From: an uncultured virus (IMG/VR IMGVR_UViG_3300008266_011056)
Lineage: Duplodnaviria; Heunggongvirae; Uroviricota; Caudoviricetes
Strand: one strand, 5' to 3'
Length of the DNA: 64,000 nt
Virus record (IMG/VR): IMGVR_UViG_3300008266_011056
The notes under the pieces are model-generated. The model was not told the DNA's origin, did no database searches, and saw nothing but the letters and a program-made list of their open reading frames with translations. The position numbers and the translations under genes are program-made. This document shows, in pieces, positions 59,689-64,000 of this stretch (positions within the stretch are counted from its first letter, which is position 1; each line of letters starts with the position of its first letter).

Positions 59689-59884
59689 TTTTCTTTTCTA
59701 TCTCCATAAGCCTGTTAAGTCTACCTAACCAAGAATCTAACTCTTCATGTTGTTCGTGTGTATGGGGAGGTGGAGGTGCCTCGGGAATAAATTTAATGAC
59801 ATGTTGAAAATCATCCGGTATGTCATCATAGTTGTGATAAGTTTCTAGTACCCCATTTCTCATTACTACGAACTCATGTGCCAT
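59657..59884 (-). CDS. Small conserved protein near gp5/PAAR
   Basis: Y.DIP..F.HVIKF.P..PPPPHTHEQHEE pattern that I recall near PAAR genes of marine T4-like phages. Confidence 0.65.
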   Translation of the reverse strand: MAHEFVVMRNGVLETYHNYDDIPDDFQHVIKFIPEAPPPPHTHEQHEELDSWLGRLNRLMEIEKKNAAKYLRNTV

Positions 59885-62316
59885 TATCTAAGCTCCTTTA
59901 AACCAGAAGAGTGTTTTTTGTTATTCCAGAATGTAGATATTTGTCTTCTATTATTCGAACCTTGATATGAAATATGAATCCAGGGTGATTTAGCATAGCT
60001 ACAATAATGTAAAATAAATTGATCGTAGTTTAATACTCTTGCTAATTGAATAGATCTATCAAAATATTCTTCATAGGATAAACCTTGGAACTGAATGTCC
60101 ACAGCTTTACCTTGTGTATGTAATGAAGATGCTGGTGCCAAGTTAGGTGTTCTATATGCAGAAACAATTTGCAAATCTGGATATACTAATAAAATTGGTT
60201 CTAATATATTTAATGCAAGACTACTTAAATTAAATATAACAGTACCATACTTAATATTATTAGTTGTTTTAATTATACTCTTAGTATAGCTAGTTTTATC
60301 CGAGAGCATTTCTACTGTAAAGTTTGGAGACAAATTAAAGTTGCCTGGTAGTACATTGTAACTCTTTAAATCATTACTTGCAGATACAGTGTTGGTTTGT
60401 TGCGAGGAAACCGATTCACTTCTAGCTACGACAGGTGCTCTTGAAAAATCACTATTTGTAGTAATACCTGATAATACAATTTTATCTTTATGAGCGTTAT
60501 ACTCTTTGGAAGTTTGAATTTCTTCATCTAACAAGACTGAGTAGGAGTCTCCTAAATTAGCAGCCACAGGATCTTTTACTTCAGTTTCATTAGGAGCAAG
60601 CACATCATCAGCACTACCAGCAAGTACTTTTGTATTCAACATACCAGCAAGAGAACGATCAGCAATTCTTGCTGGTTTACTATCTTTAGAGTCAGTAGTA
60701 TCCCCAGCAGTGCCCGCTGTACCGGAATTTAAATAAATCAACGCACCATCTTCATTAATATTACCACCAGCCTTGAGATTCATAGCAGCAGCTGATTGCA
60801 TGTTATATGTACTGCCCGATTTAAAGTTCATTACTCCACCAGATTGAGTATTATATGTACCTGTACTCTTTACATGAATATTTTCTGCTGATTGAATAAA
60901 CCTGGACTTACCATGTTTTTCATATGAATTCTCTATGGTTTGATTGTAACTGTTAGTTGTATTTTGATAATAAGTAGTAGCTTGAACATATGCGTTAGCA
61001 TTAGATCTAACATGCAAATCTTTAGATACATGCATGCTTAGAAGAGCATTAGACTTAATATTAAAGTTTTCTAGTGCTTCGATGTAAACATTAGCAGATA
61101 TTAAGTTAAGATTATCTTGTGCAGATATATTTACATTACCACCGGCTCTTGCATTAATGTCTTGATAAACTGCAATACTAGCATTACCTTTAACTTCCAC
61201 TGTTGCATCTTGTGCTACGTAAACGTTAATAGCACCTTTAACAGATACATCCGCGGTACCTTGAATAAAAATCTTTCCATTTCTATCTACAATAGTGTAG
61301 GAAGAACCTTTGATTCTCTGCACCAAAGAGCCAGTATTGTCTATTTCTACAAACGTACCTGATTTGTGAAATACGTGAATTCTTTCTGCACCAGGGGTAT
61401 CATCTACCTCGATAATATGCCCGGCTTCTGTTTCAGTTACTTTATTATAAGGGTATTCACCTTTATAAGGAGATATAGGTTGTTCCCATGTCGAACCATT
61501 AGGTAAAGGGGCACCTATCATACGTTCGTCATTTTTCTTTTGTATAATAGTACCTTGAATTTCACCTCTAGCTAATTTATTAGTCTCAGGTCCTTTTGCA
61601 TACTCTTTAGTTGGATAGTTAGCAGTTGGATCTGTAAATCCTTGCTTAGTAACAGCTAACTTGTTTTTATTATCGGTAGAATTTACATTAAAATTTCTAG
61701 ATTGAGTTAAACCTTTTAAAGCAATGCTTGTAGAAAAGACTTTGTTAGATTCTAAAATACCTAAGAAAGGTGAAGTAATTGAACTTAAGATTGTAGTTAA
61801 TCCATTTACAGTAGCAGGAGTTTTGCCTCCTACACCAAAAATAGAGTCGGTAAAGTTTTTAAGCGAGGAGGTAATACCCGTAGATACTGTAGGAGCTAGT
61901 ATTTCTGCAATACGACCTACAATAGCTGATGTATTAACTATTCCACCAACCCCAGGTGGTAATATAGTTCTTAATTCTCTAGATAGCTCATTAATAATTA
62001 AATTGTTAATTTGTTGAGTAACTTGTGTACCTAAAAGATTATTTAAATTATTAGATACACCCGCGCTACCTAGATTACCTGTTACTAAATTAACTGGGTT
62101 AAATTGTCCAACTAAGGCTTTAGGTATATCTGTTATGTTTTTGTTGGCGTTTTGAGATACTAATCTAATGGTTTGTGTAGCGGTAGTCTCAGCTACTCTA
62201 GAAGCAATTTTTCTAAGTGTCTCATTTGGAATATTAGAGACAACACCATTCATAGCATTAAAAACTTGATTTTCAAAAATGCCTTTTAGTTGTGAAGCAA
62301 AAATAGGATTACTCAT
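59884..62316 (-). CDS. gp5 C-terminal part: spike beta-helix plus C-terminal M15-type (Hedgehog/DD-peptidase fold) peptidase
   Basis: YPYNKVTETEAGHIIEVDDTPGAERI..FHKSGTFVEI, then 8-residue beta repeats ending IYLNSG, then LSPNFT...SAYR...SLHTQGKAVDI...WIHIS. Confidence 0.85.
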   Translation of the reverse strand: MSNPIFASQLKGIFENQVFNAMNGVVSNIPNETLRKIASRVAETTATQTIRLVSQNANKNITDIPKALVGQFNPVNLVTGNLGSAGVSNNLNNLLGTQVTQQINNLIINELSRELRTILPPGVGGIVNTSAIVGRIAEILAPTVSTGITSSLKNFTDSIFGVGGKTPATVNGLTTILSSITSPFLGILESNKVFSTSIALKGLTQSRNFNVNSTDNKNKLAVTKQGFTDPTANYPTKEYAKGPETNKLARGEIQGTIIQKKNDERMIGAPLPNGSTWEQPISPYKGEYPYNKVTETEAGHIIEVDDTPGAERIHVFHKSGTFVEIDNTGSLVQRIKGSSYTIVDRNGKIFIQGTADVSVKGAINVYVAQDATVEVKGNASIAVYQDINARAGGNVNISAQDNLNLISANVYIEALENFNIKSNALLSMHVSKDLHVRSNANAYVQATTYYQNTTNSYNQTIENSYEKHGKSRFIQSAENIHVKSTGTYNTQSGGVMNFKSGSTYNMQSAAAMNLKAGGNINEDGALIYLNSGTAGTAGDTTDSKDSKPARIADRSLAGMLNTKVLAGSADDVLAPNETEVKDPVAANLGDSYSVLLDEEIQTSKEYNAHKDKIVLSGITTNSDFSRAPVVARSESVSSQQTNTVSASNDLKSYNVLPGNFNLSPNFTVEMLSDKTSYTKSIIKTTNNIKYGTVIFNLSSLALNILEPILLVYPDLQIVSAYRTPNLAPASSLHTQGKAVDIQFQGLSYEEYFDRSIQLARVLNYDQFILHYCSYAKSPWIHISYQGSNNRRQISTFWNNKKHSSGLKELR

Positions 62317-63410
62317 GATTTTATAAGTTTATATAAGTCAGCTTTCTCTGCAATGTAACGGTTTCGTACACCCGTTTTTGTAGCTTCACTACTTCTTGCA
62401 AACATTCTCGGTATTAAGCTAATTTTATGTTGAGTGACTAAATCAACAATTTCTCTTTCTGTAATTACACTCTTATCTGCTAAAATTCTAAATGCATCAT
62501 CAATTCTATCCGGGCCCCATTGTACTGCTGTCGACCATACAAGATCTTTGACTGCTGGGCCGTACTTATCTACATCGCATAGTTGAAGACGTTTTAAAAT
62601 ATTTACTGCTTTATTATAGATAGTTCTTTCTATAAAATCGTGTTGATCTTCTCTAAAAGCGGCTGCATTACTAGAGGCACAGGCTCTCCACGCTCTATCA
62701 AATTCAGGAGTTGCAGGAGTTAAACCAGCAAACTTATCTCTAAATTTACAGTTAGGATCTCTAACATATGACTTAACAGTACCCCCGCTTCCATCTCTTG
62801 GCTTGCTAAGTCTAGGGCTACTTACAGGTAAACCAGAATACATTTGATAGATACCATACGATGCACCTCCAAAGTCTCCTGCTGCTGCACCGTTGTAATC
62901 ATTTATGGTACCTGGACCGCCAGATCCTACTTCATACTTCTCTGATGTCTGTCCTAACTTCCACCCAGGTATATCTGGTGTACCTGATCTAACCGGTTCG
63001 CCTTTTTCATCAAGAACTTCTTTACCTGTTCCATCTCTAAGAACACCATCATTAGGGTTAGTATTATATTCAGGATCTGGTGTCTCTTCAAATCCTGATG
63101 TCACGGTACTAGAGGCAATCGTACCTAACATAGCAGGTTGCTGCATGTCGGTACCATCTAAAAAGAAACCAAGGACCCAAGTACCTGGTAAAGGTCCTAA
63201 AGGTGAGGATCCTTTACCTGAAGTAGCAGCTGATGTAATAGGTTGAATTGGAATTGCCCAGGGTAGATCTTTAGTATCTAAAACTTCTTTAACTTCTGTA
63301 TGATAACCAAAAATTCTTACCTTACAACGACCCATTTTTTCAGGGTCGTTTCTATCTTCAACAACCCCTATCCACCAATTAAAACCATCTTTGTTGAATA
63401 TTCTTTGCAT
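62313..63410 (-). CDS. gp5: gp5 N-terminal part: OB-fold plus lysozyme-like domain
   Basis: WWIGVVEDRNDPEKMGRCKVRIFGYH...LPWA...WVLGFFLDG..QQP..LG, then SEKYE...GGASYGIYQ...WSTAVQWG...NRY (muramidase-like, resembling the VgrG3 effector domain). Confidence 0.88.
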   Translation of the reverse strand: MQRIFNKDGFNWWIGVVEDRNDPEKMGRCKVRIFGYHTEVKEVLDTKDLPWAIPIQPITSAATSGKGSSPLGPLPGTWVLGFFLDGTDMQQPAMLGTIASSTVTSGFEETPDPEYNTNPNDGVLRDGTGKEVLDEKGEPVRSGTPDIPGWKLGQTSEKYEVGSGGPGTINDYNGAAAGDFGGASYGIYQMYSGLPVSSPRLSKPRDGSGGTVKSYVRDPNCKFRDKFAGLTPATPEFDRAWRACASSNAAAFREDQHDFIERTIYNKAVNILKRLQLCDVDKYGPAVKDLVWSTAVQWGPDRIDDAFRILADKSVITEREIVDLVTQHKISLIPRMFARSSEATKTGVRNRYIAEKADLYKLIKS

Positions 63411-64000
63411 TAGCTCTGAGTATATAATGAATCTTTAACACATTCCATAGTCATGTTATGTTCGTTAAAGTTAAGTTTATGACGAATTGCGGTAATAAAA
63501 TAGTAACCTGAGTAACTGGGATCTTCTGATTTAGAAGGATCAGCGTTATTACTATCATCTTTACCACCAAGACTTGGATAAGAAAAGTATAACATCTTTC
63601 CTACCTCTACATCGGTTCTTCCTGGTATTGTTAAATTCAATTTAATGTTAGTTAAATCCAATAAACTTGACAATCTATTTCCATATATCTCACCCATTTT
63701 TTCATTAATATTATCTTTAAAATTATCAAACAGTTTAGGATTTTTTGGGTAATAACTAATGTGTGAAGCTGAATTTCTAAAAGCATTCTTAGAGAAAATG
63801 GGTACGGCATAATCTCCAAAGCCTGCTGTATGCCATTGGTTCTTATATTCTTCAACGTAATCATAATTAATTACATCATAGGTTTTATTCATTACATCTA
63901 AAAAATACAGTCTATTAGCTAGATACCCGTTAGTATAATTTTTAATATGGTCGATATTTTCAACCATAGTAACATCTTTAGCGATAAAATATTCTCGATT
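63410..64000 (-). CDS. Baseplate hub protein (gp27-like), 5'-truncated by the window edge
   Basis: Frame open to position 64000; C-terminal TIPGRTDVEVG...YSGYYFITAIRHK; directly upstream of gp5. Confidence 0.65.
   Translation of the reverse strand, partial: NREYFIAKDVTMVENIDHIKNYTNGYLANRLYFLDVMNKTYDVINYDYVEEYKNQWHTAGFGDYAVPIFSKNAFRNSASHISYYPKNPKLFDNFKDNINEKMGEIYGNRLSSLLDLTNIKLNLTIPGRTDVEVGKMLYFSYPSLGGKDDSNNADPSKSEDPSYSGYYFITAIRHKLNFNEHNMTMECVKDSLYTQS

Noticed and set aside
7694..63246. Numerous 60-125 aa plus-strand and alternate-frame ORFs in the track
   Set aside because: They lie within or across conserved minus-strand genes, mostly use non-ATG starts and have no motifs.
1..64000. CRISPR array, tRNA/rRNA genes, introns or inteins, integrase or transposase
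   Set aside because: Intergenic gaps are short (the longest about 115 nt) with no repeat-spacer array or cloverleaf seen; terminase, UvsW, portal and capsid have normal uninterrupted lengths.
1..64000. Stop-codon reassignment
   Set aside because: Core genes translate full length in the standard code, and TAA, TAG and TGA all terminate genes.

Overview
The window is 64 kb of an AT-rich T4-like myovirus genome (environmental, non-coliphage gene order) with all credible genes on the minus strand. In transcription order (right to left): baseplate hub gp27-like (truncated by the window edge), a gp5 split into two ORFs (OB-fold plus muramidase-like; beta-helix plus M15 peptidase), PAAR, gp25, gp6, gp7-like, gp8, a 2160-aa baseplate/fibre protein, a cluster of LamG/glycine-rich fibre genes, gp13-gp23, gp3, a glycosyltransferase, uvsY, uvsW and gp55. 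These are followed by a 9-kb 7-deazaguanine DNA-modification operon: queE, folE, a DpdA/TGT-like gene, a PurN-like formyltransferase, a kinase, queF, a MazG-like gene, queC, a class II GATase, dcd/dut, galE and queD. Most interesting: (1) the deazaguanine operon, with both QueF plus formyltransferase and a stand-alone GATase alongside nucleotide-pool enzymes; (2) a putative prohead-protease-cleaved modular polyprotein in the head cluster; (3) a possible virion glycosylation system (glycosyltransferase, GalE and [AGS]-N-[hydrophobic] rich virion proteins); (4) the genetically split gp5 with two wall hydrolases; (5) an antisense sigma70-type promoter facing a late promoter at the gp13/gp14 junction. 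All assignments come from motif recognition and synteny; no database searches were run.
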